A stretch of 63,967 nucleotides of DNA, filler included, from Candidatus Methanoxibalbensis ujae (GCA_026134085.1; 3 parts of 3 records of this genome joined end to end with filler, not necessarily neighbours in it), one strand, 5' to 3'. Shown: positions 1 to 9,937, counted from the whole stretch's first letter. Numbers and translations: made by a program. The notes: generated by a model not told the origin, from the sequence alone.

Positions 1-1557
1 TTCATAAAAACAGATGAAAATGGATATACAGGCGTGAAAAACATATTTGCAGGAGGTGACTGCGTGAGAGGTCCTGCTACAGTTGTTGATGCGGTTGCTG
101 CTGGAAGAAAGGCAGCGGAAGCCATAGACAGATTTCTGCAGCGTCTCGGTGATGAAGGAGCGGTGTCTGTGGACGGTGAGGTGCGTGAGGAACGTGAGGA
201 GCGTGATGGAAGTGAGGAAAGTGAGGAAAGTGAGGATAAGGAGCACAAGGAGTGTGGGGAGTTTGGGGAGGATCATGGAGAGGAGGGGCAAAATGCGGAG
301 AGGCGTGAGGAGAGGAGGATAAGCATTGACGAAGTTTTCATTCCTGAGGAGCGGAAGGCGCGTGCCGAGATGCCCAAGATACCGATTGAGAGGAGGAGGA
401 CGAGTTTTGAATGTGTTGAGATGGGATATGATGAGGATATCGCCAGGGAAGAGGCGAGCAGGTGTCTGCACTGCAGGCTGTGTTGCGAGTGTGCGCTGTG
501 TGAGACTGTGTGCGAGGCAGATGCAATCAATCATAGAATGACAGAGGAAATCATCAATCTGAATGTCGGAGCGATAGTGGTGGCTACGGGATATGAATTA
601 TATGAGCCTGATGAGAGGTATGGTTATGGATATGATGAAGTCATCACGGGGATGGAATTTGAGCGTATCAGTAATGCATCTGGTCCAACTGGAGGGAAGA
701 TAGAGATAGGGGGGAAGGTTCCCGAGAGAGTGGTGATTATAAGTTGTGTTGGATCTCGTTGTGAGGAGAGGCCTTACTGTTCAAGGATATGCTGTATGTA
801 TATAGCGAAGCATGCACATTTGATAAAGGAGAGGATACCGGATGCGGATATAACGGTATTATACACTGATGTTCGTGCATATGGGAAGGGATTTGAGGAA
901 TTTTATCAGAGAGTTCGTGGAGAAGGCGTAAAATATGTTAGGAGGGAGCTGGGGGAGGAGATAGAGGTGAAGAAGGAGGGAGACACAATATCAGTATATG
1001 CATTTTGTGAGGGTGTTCGCAGGAGATTTGAGGCTGATATGGTTATACTGGCGAATGCGATAGTTCCGAGGGCTGATTCTGGGGAAGTTGCAAATCTTCT
1101 AAACATATCAACAGGATCTGACGGATTTTTTATGGAAGCGCATCCGAAGCTGAGGCCGGTGGACACACTTACGGAAGGCATATTCATAGCAGGATGTGCT
1201 CAGGGCCCCAAAGATATTCCGGACACAGTTGCGCAGGCATCAGCAGCCGCGTCAAGGGCATGCAGTCTGCTTTCACAGGATCACATAGATATAGAGCCTG
1301 TCGTTGCGGTGGTGGATGAGAGGAAGTGCATAGGTTGCGGCTCATGTCTCACAATATGTCCATTCGGCGCGATAGAGATGAGCGAAATTGAGGAGCGAAT
1401 GGAAGAGGTCGTGTTGAAGACGAGAAAATCTCATGTGAATGTTGCTTTATGCAAGGGATGCGGTGCGTGCATTGCTGAGTGTCCAGTTGGCGCCATAAAC
1501 CAGCTGCAGTTCACAACAAAGCAGATAAACGCGATGATCCATGCGCTGAAGAGCTGA
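1..1557 (+). CDS. HdrA-like (HdrL-type) FAD/Fe-S heterodisulfide reductase subunit, 5'-partial
   Basis: The frame is open from base 1. It has the IFAGGDCVRGPATVV..AGRKAA pyridine nucleotide-disulfide motif, CxxCxxCxxxC ferredoxin motifs, and the HdrA motifs CVGSR..YCSRICC and HPKLRPVDT..GIFIAGCAQGPKDIPDTVAQA. Confidence 0.9.
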   Translation, partial: FIKTDENGYTGVKNIFAGGDCVRGPATVVDAVAAGRKAAEAIDRFLQRLGDEGAVSVDGEVREEREERDGSEESEESEDKEHKECGEFGEDHGEEGQNAERREERRISIDEVFIPEERKARAEMPKIPIERRRTSFECVEMGYDEDIAREEASRCLHCRLCCECALCETVCEADAINHRMTEEIINLNVGAIVVATGYELYEPDERYGYGYDEVITGMEFERISNASGPTGGKIEIGGKVPERVVIISCVGSRCEERPYCSRICCMYIAKHAHLIKERIPDADITVLYTDVRAYGKGFEEFYQRVRGEGVKYVRRELGEEIEVKKEGDTISVYAFCEGVRRRFEADMVILANAIVPRADSGEVANLLNISTGSDGFFMEAHPKLRPVDTLTEGIFIAGCAQGPKDIPDTVAQASAAASRACSLLSQDHIDIEPVVAVVDERKCIGCGSCLTICPFGAIEMSEIEERMEEVVLKTRKSHVNVALCKGCGACIAECPVGAINQLQFTTKQINAMIHALKS

Positions 1558-1593
1558 ATGAGGAGGTGCGCAGACAGCGGCGTCGGAAGTGGT

Positions 1594-1678
1594 TGCCGCT
1601 GTTCATATTCTGCCGCTGTTCATATTCTGCCGCCATTCATATTCTGCCGCAGTTCATATTCTGCCGCCGTTTATATTT
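1594..1678. repeat. 17-bp tandem repeat (TGCCGCTGTTCATATTC) x5
   Basis: Five near-identical consecutive units read directly between the hdrA-like gene and SPFH gene 1. Confidence 0.95.
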
Positions 1679-1701
1679 ATAAAGACAGGAAATATCATAT
1701 C

Positions 1702-2682
1702 ATGGGGCCAGTATTTATCCTGATAATTTTACTTTTTATAGGCGTTGTGCTGGGCGCTGTGCTGCTTCTGTCGTTGCAGCGTATTCCCGAGTATGAGAGG
1801 ATAGCGGTTTTCTCATTGATAGAGGGAAAGTTCAAGGGCATAAAGGGTCCTGGGCTTGTTGTGGTGAATCCGCTGACGGAGATTGCGTGGCGTGAGAGGA
1901 TAGACCTGAGGGAGCGTGAGATAAGGAGGGAGAGGATGCACTGCATCACGAAGGACAGTGTCCCGATAAACATAATGCCAATCGTGTTTTTCAAAGTTGT
2001 TGAGCCTGAGAAAACTGTGCTGACTGTTGTGGATGCGGAGGGTTCCATACTTGATCTCACAAAAACAACACTCAGAGCTGTCATTGGCGAGATGAACCTT
2101 TCAGAGGTCATTGCCAAGCGTGAGCAGATAGTTCAGGAGCTGAAGAAGCGTCTTTCAAAGGAGGCTGACAGGTGGGGTATTGATATAACAACCGTTGAGA
2201 TTGCAGAGCTCACACCTCTCGGTCGTGTCTCTGAGGCGATGGTTGAGCGCAAAACGATGATAGAGGATGCGGAAGCGAAGAAGCGATCTCTCATATTGAA
2301 GGCGGAAGGTGAGCGGGAAGCTGCGAAAGCGGAGGCTGATAGCCTGCTGATCCGCGCGGAAGCGGAGAAGAGGGCGATGATACTGCGCGCTGAGGGTGAG
2401 CGGGAGGCGATGATGCTGCGCGGAGAGGGGGTCAGCATGTATTATCAGAAAATCGCGAGGCTCGGAGTGAAAAATGCAAATGTCGCATTGAAATATGAGA
2501 ATGTGGAGGCGCTCAAGAAATTCGCATCATCGGACACGCCAAAACTTGTTATGATGCCTATCGGTGTTCACTTGATCGCTGAGACAGGCACGACTGCAGC
2601 TGGCAACATCACCAAAACGACGGAAACGAAGGGTGAAGGAAAGGGGAAGGAGGAGAGGGAAGGAGAAAGTGAACAGCATTGA
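1702..2682 (+). CDS. SPFH/band-7 (stomatin/HflC-like) membrane protein 1
   Basis: N-terminal TM helix, GPGLVVVNP, ITKDSVPI, TTLRAVIGEM and RWGIDITTVEI motifs, and an AEGERE coiled coil. Start moved to ATG 1702 because the upstream part is the repeat. Confidence 0.9.
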   Translation: MGPVFILIILLFIGVVLGAVLLLSLQRIPEYERIAVFSLIEGKFKGIKGPGLVVVNPLTEIAWRERIDLREREIRRERMHCITKDSVPINIMPIVFFKVVEPEKTVLTVVDAEGSILDLTKTTLRAVIGEMNLSEVIAKREQIVQELKKRLSKEADRWGIDITTVEIAELTPLGRVSEAMVERKTMIEDAEAKKRSLILKAEGEREAAKAEADSLLIRAEAEKRAMILRAEGEREAMMLRGEGVSMYYQKIARLGVKNANVALKYENVEALKKFASSDTPKLVMMPIGVHLIAETGTTAAGNITKTTETKGEGKGKEEREGESEQH

Positions 2683-2699
2683 GGAGGTGATTGATTGAG

Positions 2700-3626
2700 A
2701 TGTGGAGGTATATAATTGTTCTGTTTCTGCTGCTGGTGGCAGTTGTAATTGCGAAGCGCAGCATAGATCGCCTGATGGATTTTGAAAGAGATGTCATATT
2801 CTCGGTGGGAGGCAGATACAAGGGGGTGAGAGGACCGGGATTGGTTCTCATAAACCCGTTTACAGAGGTCGTCAGACGGAGAGAGGATCTGAGGGAGAAG
2901 AGAACAACATTGAGAGAGCAGGAGTGCATTACGAGGGACAGTGTGCCTGTGCGTGTATCGTCAATTGTTTTCTATCGCGTTACCGATCCCGGCAAGATGG
3001 TCGTGACTGTCGTTGATGCTGAGCGTGCTATACTGGACATTGTTCGCACGACGCTCAGGGCGGTGATAGGCGAGCTCACACTCACTGAAGTCATTGCAGA
3101 GCGCGAGAGGATTGCATCACAGCTGAGAGAGCGGCTTATGGGAGAAGCGGAGAGGTGGGGCATTGACATAATGACTGTTGAGATAGAGGACCTCACAGCT
3201 GGAAAGGTTGAAGAGGCAATGTCCATGAGAAAAAGCGAGGTGGAACTCGCAGAAGCGAAAAGGCTCTCCTCAATAATAAAGGCGGAAGGAGAGCGTGAAG
3301 CCGCTGAGGCAGAGCGTGAAGCCGCACTTGTGAGAGCCGAAGCTGAGAAAAAGGCAATGATCATAAAAGCAGAAGGAGAGAAGGAAGCGCAGATACTGCG
3401 TGCAGAAGGACTTTACAAATATTATGAAAAAATAAGCGAGCTCGGAGAAAACATCGAAATCCCTCTGCTGTTTGATAACATAAATGTGTTCAAAATGCTC
3501 TCGGAATCTCCTAACACGAAACTCGTTATGACGCCCCCTGCAAAAGGCGCAATAAGCTTCCCGGCTCTGAGATTCCTCGAGGAAATCATACCATCCTCAG
3601 ATGAGAAAAAAGAAGAAAAATCATAA
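2700..3626 (+). CDS. SPFH/band-7 membrane protein 2 (tandem paralogue)
   Basis: Same motifs as gene 1. GGAGGTGA RBS at 2683-2690; start is ATG 2700 or TTG 2691. Confidence 0.9.
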   Translation: MWRYIIVLFLLLVAVVIAKRSIDRLMDFERDVIFSVGGRYKGVRGPGLVLINPFTEVVRRREDLREKRTTLREQECITRDSVPVRVSSIVFYRVTDPGKMVVTVVDAERAILDIVRTTLRAVIGELTLTEVIAERERIASQLRERLMGEAERWGIDIMTVEIEDLTAGKVEEAMSMRKSEVELAEAKRLSSIIKAEGEREAAEAEREAALVRAEAEKKAMIIKAEGEKEAQILRAEGLYKYYEKISELGENIEIPLLFDNINVFKMLSESPNTKLVMTPPAKGAISFPALRFLEEIIPSSDEKKEEKS

Positions 3627-3820
3627 TTCAATCAGAGGCTTCCCTCAATCGGAGGCCTCCTCTTTCAATCATAAGGCATGGCGAAGGAGATGTGAGTATA
3701 ATTTGAGTATTATTTGAAGTATTATTTGAATGTGAATATGTGTGTATATGATATGAAATATGAGAGGGTGAGTATAGTATATGAGTATGAGGGAGCTGGC
3801 AGGATGAGAAGATGAGGTGT

Positions 3821-3991
3821 GTGTTTTCAAAATTGCTGGACCTGTTAAAGTATGGGAGGAAGGAGACAAAGGAATTCTGTATGAACTGCGGTCAACGCAC
3901 AGCACATGAACTCGTGAGGGATGATCAGGGCGAATACTGGAAGGTGTGTAAAAGATGCGGAAGACGAGAATATGTAGGTATGCTGCGTTGA
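3821..3991 (+). CDS. small zinc-ribbon protein (56 aa, CxxC...CxxC), absent from the ORF track
   Basis: Hand translation MFSKLLDLLKYGRKETKEFCMNCGQRTAHELVRDDQGEYWKVCKRCGRREYVGMLR; GAGGTG RBS upstream. Confidence 0.65.
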   Translation: MFSKLLDLLKYGRKETKEFCMNCGQRTAHELVRDDQGEYWKVCKRCGRREYVGMLR

Positions 3992-4329
3992 TCTCGCGGA
4001 AGGCAGCGTATAACGATTTACCTGCTGGCGCCGCATGTGGTGCCCGCTGTAATGCCAGATCATTGGATACCTCAGGTGCTCAATCGCAGGCAACCTTCAG
4101 GCATGATCATAGAGCATCACTGAGAAAGTTTCAATTGAGCCCTGAGAGATATTGAAGCGGAAAAAAGACTGGAGAACAAAAGCCCTTGGAGCCGAAATAA
4201 AGTGCGGCACCCTCTTCTTTCGCAATCCTTTTGTCTCTCACAGCATCTTTGTCAGGGCGGGCAAAAACCGTGATGAATCAGAGAATAATGTCACATAATG
4301 TCACCGTCAGCAGTCCGGGTTGGGTGACA

Positions 4330-4840
4330 ATTACGAAGCTCTGGGTTGGCCTTCTGGCAAATGGAGCCGTTCTGAGATATATCCATGCGGCATGGGACGA
4401 AGATGATTATGCTCACTATGCTGGTGGTTATAGCGCCTGGTGCGCAGATATTAGTCCTGGTGGATGAGGGGATCCCGCGTATGACATCTGCGTGTGACAA
4501 TTATCCGGATAATATGGTGGCTTGGATAGGGGACCATTCGACCTGAGCGATGCGACTGATGCAAGGATGACCTTCTACTTCCGAGGGAGGACCGAGTTGA
4601 ACCACGACTGGTTACAGTAAGTCTAGTGATGGCGTCAATTATTCAATTATTGGGGACATAGGCGCTCGGATGATTTGCGATATGGACTTTACCGGGGGAA
4701 TGATGGGAGAAAATGGTATAAAGGAGAACTCAGCTTACGAGACATCTGCGGAGATTCCACAGTTTGGATGGCATTCGTATCAGCGATTCTTCTGGAACGG
4801 GGCATATTCGTTGACAATGTGAAGGTGGAAAAAGAATAAC
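4330..4840 (+). pseudogene. frameshifted remnant of a secreted jelly-roll (immune-inhibitor-A/MAM-like) domain
   Basis: Fragments AYSAWCA-like, NYPDNMVAW, GPFDLSDATDARMTFYF and VWMAFVS..GIFVDNVKVE lie in different frames with stops. Boundaries approximate. Confidence 0.5.
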
Positions 4841-4932
4841 AGACAGTAATGATGACTTCAAGGCTACTTATTATGTTATTATGCACCAACCCGACCACAT
4901 GCACAATTTCTGCAACTGCATAAAAGACGAGA

Positions 4933-5790
4933 TTGGGAAGCGGCTCTGATACCATAACCTCTGATACCATAACAGTTGTGTCAGGAGAGGGAAACGTCTC
5001 ATTCGATCAATCCAAAGTCAATGTTGGATTACATTCGACAAAAACAGTAAATATAACACTTGACAAAGCCCCAAACGGTCTTTCTGGTTACAATATAACC
5101 ATCTCGTTGTCCAATCCAAGTGTAGCGGAGATAGTATCAGTAAGCTTTCCGTCATGGGCAACCCTGCACATTAATTCCACTCTACCTGCAGATTCTGTCT
5201 GGATTAAGGCTGCTGACCTCAATAATCAAATTACAAGCGGTGCAACCAACATAAATCTCGCAACAATAACACTCAGAGGCGATAATCGAGGAACTGCTGA
5301 CATTCTCATAACAGTTACAAAAATGGATGATGACAGGGGCAATCCCATTGAGCCATCCACTATCCCTGGTCATCTTGAAGTTGATAAAATCGGATATTTT
5401 GATACCGGTCTAGGCTCATACCCAAGCATATCAGGCACGCATACAGGGAAAATCATACCATCACAAAATATCACAGTGCACAAAATCTGCACATATCCAT
5501 GCCCGGGCACAGGCGGACATATTGAGTCCATCAATAATAAAGACGGGGAGTTGATAGCAAGTGGCACATGGAGCGGATATCAAGGCGACCACCTCAACAT
5601 AACTATTACCCCATCCGTCACGCTGTTGAAAGGAAATGAATACACTTACATCATAAAAACAGGCTCATACCCCCAGATCATACATGAAAGCAGTAAAGAG
5701 GTGGCAGGCGGAAAAATCACTTGCACTTCATTCATTGACGCAAACGGAAATACATACAACGACTGGATCCCAGCATTTAGAATTGAATGA
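4933..5790 (+). CDS. surface-protein 3' part: cohesin-like domain plus the C-terminal domain typical of ANME-1 (FDTG..YPSISGTH..YPCPGTGGH..TGSYPQI..WIPA)
   Basis: Motifs recognised by eye. No signal peptide and a weak TTG start, so probably the tail of the broken upstream gene. Confidence 0.65.
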   Translation: MGSGSDTITSDTITVVSGEGNVSFDQSKVNVGLHSTKTVNITLDKAPNGLSGYNITISLSNPSVAEIVSVSFPSWATLHINSTLPADSVWIKAADLNNQITSGATNINLATITLRGDNRGTADILITVTKMDDDRGNPIEPSTIPGHLEVDKIGYFDTGLGSYPSISGTHTGKIIPSQNITVHKICTYPCPGTGGHIESINNKDGELIASGTWSGYQGDHLNITITPSVTLLKGNEYTYIIKTGSYPQIIHESSKEVAGGKITCTSFIDANGNTYNDWIPAFRIE

Positions 5791-5794
5791 AAAT

Positions 5795-5832
5795 ATTTTT
5801 TTTATTTTTCCTTTTTTCTTTTTCTCTTTTTT
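5795..5832 (+). terminator. oligo-T tract, candidate archaeal terminator
   Basis: Long T runs immediately after the stop codon. Confidence 0.45.
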
Positions 5833-6516
5833 GAGAAAAGCATCTAAAAGAGAAGCGCTCAAAATGAACAAGCCTGCTATTTTTTAACTTTTTTTATTTT
5901 ATCCTCTTCTTTGCATATCTAAATGTTAAATCAAGAACAATACAAAAAGAAAACCAAAAAAATTTCCTTATCTGCAACAGTGAATGTTTCAGTTATTTAT
6001 ATGCAGAGATTCAAAACGCTTCCCCCATATCGTGCAATTTCAAATGAGATACCATAATACGGGTAGTCATTCAATAAAACTTTATCATCTAGAATGAGAG
6101 GGGCAGCTCTTGCGACTTCCTGAGCAAAATGCACGCATCATCATAGAGAAGGGTTTTGCTGTGCTTGAAGAGCCGTTGTGACCTGGATGACGAAGCCCGG
6201 CCTCTTATGCTCTTGCCGTCGCCATCACTCATATTCGCCTCTCGCCTCCACTCGTTCAGAACCCTTCAGAGCCTACGAAAAAAGTCTCCAAAAAGAAGAC
6301 GAGAATAAAGGCTCTTCTTTTTTGAAGCGTCAATAGAAGAGGGATGCAGGAGAAGGATTTTGAGCGGAGTTTTGAGGAGTTAGGTCGGCGGGCTGTGGAG
6401 GAACTTTTCGCAAAGGTCCGAGTGGAGACCCCATTTTGAAAATTGAGGCGATGAAGGCTGCTCTTAAGGGAATCAGGGCTGAGTATCGCTGAGTATATCA
6501 GGCACAACGCCTCCAA

Positions 6517-6708
6517 TTGCGAATTACAATTCCGCCAAAAGAGCGGTTGGTTTTTGAAGCATGCCGAGAATACGCTTATTCTAAAAATTGGATTCATGAA
6601 AATTCAAACCGCTCATTCCTTCGCTTTTGTGTTGAAGTCGTGCTTCAAAACATCATTTCGCAAATGAGAAGAGAAGATGAAGCGTTGCTGAGGCGAGGGG
6701 GAGAGTGA
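6517..6708 (+). CDS. small ribbon-helix-helix-like DNA-binding protein, possibly disrupted
   Basis: beta-alpha-alpha pattern (LRITIPPKE..SFLRFCVEVVL). An in-frame upstream ATG at 6451 is cut off by TGA at 6490. Confidence 0.4.
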   Translation: MRITIPPKERLVFEACREYAYSKNWIHENSNRSFLRFCVEVVLQNIISQMRREDEALLRRGGE

Positions 6709-6980
6709 GCCTGTTTATATAGCATTATAGAGTAGAGAGGGGGAAGGGTCGTTTGTTCGGGGTCGTGAGAACCTTTAGGGTCGTTCAGGGTCAGGACCGT
6801 AAGGGTTTAGGGTAGTGATAAATGAACATTCCAGTTCATTGTAGTAAAAGGGTCCGGGTCGTATTCACAACTGAGTCCATCATATTAAGGTTTAGGTTCG
6901 TGTTTGCTCGTTCGGGTTCTTTGTTTAGGTTCGTCGTAGGGTTTGGGTTCGTAGGCTCTTATGTTCGTTTATGCGATAAA

Positions 6981-7235
6981 CTAATAATATGCTTGTCCAT
7001 CCATGCTGTAATGTTTCCTCTTGCTTCCACAAACAGGGCAAGCTCCGTCTCCTGCTCTATAACAATGTTTACAATTAATAACATGACAGCAAGCGCATTC
7101 CGCAGCATGTCTTTCGCAAACTGGTCTACCACAGGTATAGCATTTATACTTCGCAGGTTGAGTACATCTGCTACCATTATCCCAGATCGCTTTACATCTT
7201 CCATAATCTGTGGGACATCTTTCAGTCATTGTCAC
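6981..7235 (-). CDS. Cys-rich multi-zinc-finger protein (B-box-like), 84 aa
   Basis: CxxC/CxxH clusters: CYTC..CERH..CACC..CKHC..CPVC; AGGTGA RBS upstream. Confidence 0.65.
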   Translation of the reverse strand: MTMTERCPTDYGRCKAIWDNGSRCTQPAKYKCYTCGRPVCERHAAECACCHVINCKHCYRAGDGACPVCGSKRKHYSMDGQAYY

Positions 7236-7315
7236 CTATTATTCGCTCTGAATTTTTTTTGTTTTGTTTTTTTCTGAATACCGAGAAAATATCCTTCTTA
7301 CCATTCTTATAGGCT

Positions 7316-7567
7316 ATGCCCTCATGTATATGCTCGCCAGGCTCAAGTCGTGGATCCTTCCAGTCTATTATCTCTATTGATGAATTTTACGCTGCATTCT
7401 GCGAATATTGCAGGGAGAAGAGGCTACCAATAATTTCAAAAAGCGTTGTGGGACGGAGATTACCTCAGCTTCTTGGGGTTGAAAACTACCGCCCGAAAGT
7501 CGGAGGTATGAGAATAACCGCTTGGAAGGGCATACGATTGAAGAAGCAGGTGCAGGAGGAGCAGTAG
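7316..7567 (+). pseudogene. C-terminal winged-helix fragment of a P4/D5-like primase-helicase
   Basis: ISIDEFYAAFCEYCREKRLPIISKSVVGRRL..AWKGIRLK pattern; no N-terminal domains. Confidence 0.6.
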
Positions 7568-8189
7568 AAATAGGGGAAATTAAATATGTGATGATTCGGC
7601 TCACACGAATGCCGCCGCCACTCCACGAATTTTTGGGCGTTGACGGTCAGGAGATAGAAGTGAATAAAAGAGGAGCATAAAAGTAATGCTTGAGTGAGGA
7701 GAGGAATTCCCAGGTGAGGATCATCACTGAAGATCACTGAAGACTCAATTAAAGCCAATATCCCGAGAAAGGATAAAAAGATGGAGAAGGATTACAACTC
7801 ATGCAGAGCTCATTATAATAGACAAATTCCTGAGTCAATAAACTGGAGTAGTTTGTAATAAATTATAGACGAACACGGACTGAGGTAGGATTTAATATTG
7901 TTGCTGCCATTCCCGCCTTTTGGCGAGGCAGAAGAAACGGGTGAGGTGCTGTTTCATCGTATTATTCATTGCTCGCTCTGCCCGGGGCAGACCCGAAGCC
8001 CTCAACCGAGACAGGAAGGCTGAAAGAGCTGCCTCAGGTGGATGGGAACCTCCTGACTCTCACTTCACTGAGGAGAGAAGGTCACAGAGATAGGGTGAGT
8101 TAAACAATGACTGAAGTAATATTGAAAAAAATGTGAGGAAGGAGACAGTCCTCGGCAGGAAAGCTCAATTCTGTATGTGGAGGAAGGGA

Positions 8190-9335
8190 TCAAATTCTGT
8201 GAAAAAGCTGGATGAATTTTTTTGCTATTTTATCGCATCTGTTCTTCTCCACATATTTCATTGCAGCATCTCTCACATTTTCACGATATTCTCCGTCGTT
8301 TATGAGTGCTCTCAGTTTGTTCACGAGGTCTTCCACATTTTCATATACAACTGCGGGCTTCTCTTCTCCTATCTTTGGCAGCATCTCAAAATGTCTCGTA
8401 TCGGGAACGACAGTTATGCAAAGCGATCCGAGGCACTGATGGAGCGTTGATGAGACGACGACGAACTTTGTGGGGCTCTTAGGCAGCAGATGTATGTCTG
8501 AGGAGTGGAGCATGTCATACAGAGCCTTATTTGACAGCCTTCTTCTCTCCTGAACCAGCCAATCACGACTGATTGGCAGCAAACCGTCCGAGCGGACCAC
8601 ATGATACAGGATGTCATACTCCGCACTGAGCTCGTCAAGCGCATGTATGTAATCATTGTATTCCTCAAAGATCTGCCTGCCGAAGCTGAAAAACTTGATA
8701 TACCCGTCCTCGCCGAACTTCCTGATCCAACGACGGAGTACAGGCATGCACGGATATGGAATCACCTCTATCAACGGCGCCTCATAAGCCTCATAAAAAT
8801 CAGCAGCACCGACATTCACAACCACAGCATCACTCACCGCATCACCGGCATTCATGCGGTATGCAGAATTCAATTTGAATATCTCGTCCACATAACGCTC
8901 GTCAAACACGACAACTGCGTCAAATATGCGTATATCGTATCTTATGTGTTCGCGTGCGCCTTCGTGTATGACAGCAACGACTTTCAGATCCTTTTTCTCA
9001 CGCCTCATCCGCGGGATCAGCCGCTCAAGACGCTCCTGTGGCATTGGCGTGTAGGATTCAACTATCAGATAGTCAAAATCCTCACGCAATATCTTGTCCT
9101 CCTCTATGTTGCCATACCCCCTCCTGCTGGGAGGTATCTCATCATAGCATCGTATCACAAATTCCTCATCCTCACGCACTATTCTGTGATGCCACCACCT
9201 GTCAGCTGATTGTATGTGAGGTGCAAACACCTTTATGTCAAAGCCCATGCGAATGAACTCGCGACCGATGAGCTCGGCATGCATTGATACGCCACATGTG
9301 GCGTTCCACCTCGTAAATAAGCCTATTGTACACAT
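8190..9335 (-). CDS. GT-B fold glycosyltransferase (GT4-like)
   Basis: N-terminal FTRWNATCGVSMHAELI, VIHE, FFSFGR and SDIHLLP..SSTL motifs. Confidence 0.75.
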   Translation of the reverse strand: MCTIGLFTRWNATCGVSMHAELIGREFIRMGFDIKVFAPHIQSADRWWHHRIVREDEEFVIRCYDEIPPSRRGYGNIEEDKILREDFDYLIVESYTPMPQERLERLIPRMRREKKDLKVVAVIHEGAREHIRYDIRIFDAVVVFDERYVDEIFKLNSAYRMNAGDAVSDAVVVNVGAADFYEAYEAPLIEVIPYPCMPVLRRWIRKFGEDGYIKFFSFGRQIFEEYNDYIHALDELSAEYDILYHVVRSDGLLPISRDWLVQERRRLSNKALYDMLHSSDIHLLPKSPTKFVVVSSTLHQCLGSLCITVVPDTRHFEMLPKIGEEKPAVVYENVEDLVNKLRALINDGEYRENVRDAAMKYVEKNRCDKIAKKFIQLFHRI

Positions 9336-9454
9336 ACGAAAAATGTATGTTGCATATGTGAAAAAGTTTTGGTTAAGATAAAAAAAGATTTCAATGAAAA
9401 GGGAGCCCGTATCGCTCCTGCTGAGAGAGTGCTGAGAGGGATATGAGCAGGGCG

Positions 9455-9937
9455 TCAGGTGTCCTCATCGTTTGAGAAGTCCCTTTCGTATGTCTGAACG
9501 AGCATTCCCTCGCTCTGCTCCCATGGCTCTCCCACCTTCTTGAAGCCGTATCTGCGTATGACGCGCTCGCAAGCCTCGTGACCCATGAGGATGTTCACAT
9601 AGCCCCTGCATTTGTTTTTCTCTGCGAATTCGAGGAAATGCTCATACAGCGCGTTAGCAATGCCCTGGTTGCGGTGAGATGGGAGGACAGCCAGCTGCTC
9701 CCCGAAAAGACCGCGATCGGTGAATGACGCTTTGTAAACGCCGACGAGCTCGCCGTTCACGCGGACACCAAAAAACATGTATCCGGCATCCATTTCCTTC
9801 AGCACTTCCTCTTCACTCATCGCACGCTTGCGACGCCACTCCTCAGGATACTCATATGCCTTCGGCCACACCTCCCTATACACCCGCGAAATCGCCGCAG
9901 CATCTTTCCTGCTGAGTCTCTCAACCCTGTGCGACAT
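9455..9937 (-). CDS. GNAT family N-acetyltransferase (copy 1)
   Basis: Acetyl-CoA motif LAVLPSHRNQGIANAL and YGFKKVG; GGAGGTGG RBS before ATG 9937. Confidence 0.85.
   Translation of the reverse strand: MSHRVERLSRKDAAAISRVYREVWPKAYEYPEEWRRKRAMSEEEVLKEMDAGYMFFGVRVNGELVGVYKASFTDRGLFGEQLAVLPSHRNQGIANALYEHFLEFAEKNKCRGYVNILMGHEACERVIRRYGFKKVGEPWEQSEGMLVQTYERDFSNDEDT

Larger units (their letters stand above)
6340..7567. mobile_element. decayed plasmid/virus-like integrated element remnant
   Basis: Primase/helicase wHTH fragment, Cys-rich Zn finger, small RHH-like ORF and G/T-skewed short repeats. Boundaries uncertain. Confidence 0.5.

Noticed and set aside
1594..1678. CRISPR array
   Set aside because: The units abut directly with no spacers and are too short.
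1558..1701. Cys-rich N-terminal extension of the first SPFH ORF
   Set aside because: It is the translation of the 17-bp intergenic repeat; the TM-bearing protein starts at ATG 1702.
6451..6516. Recoded in-frame TGA (6490) in the RHH-like ORF
   Set aside because: It sits in a local GCTGAGTAT duplication within a decaying element; a mutation is the simpler explanation.
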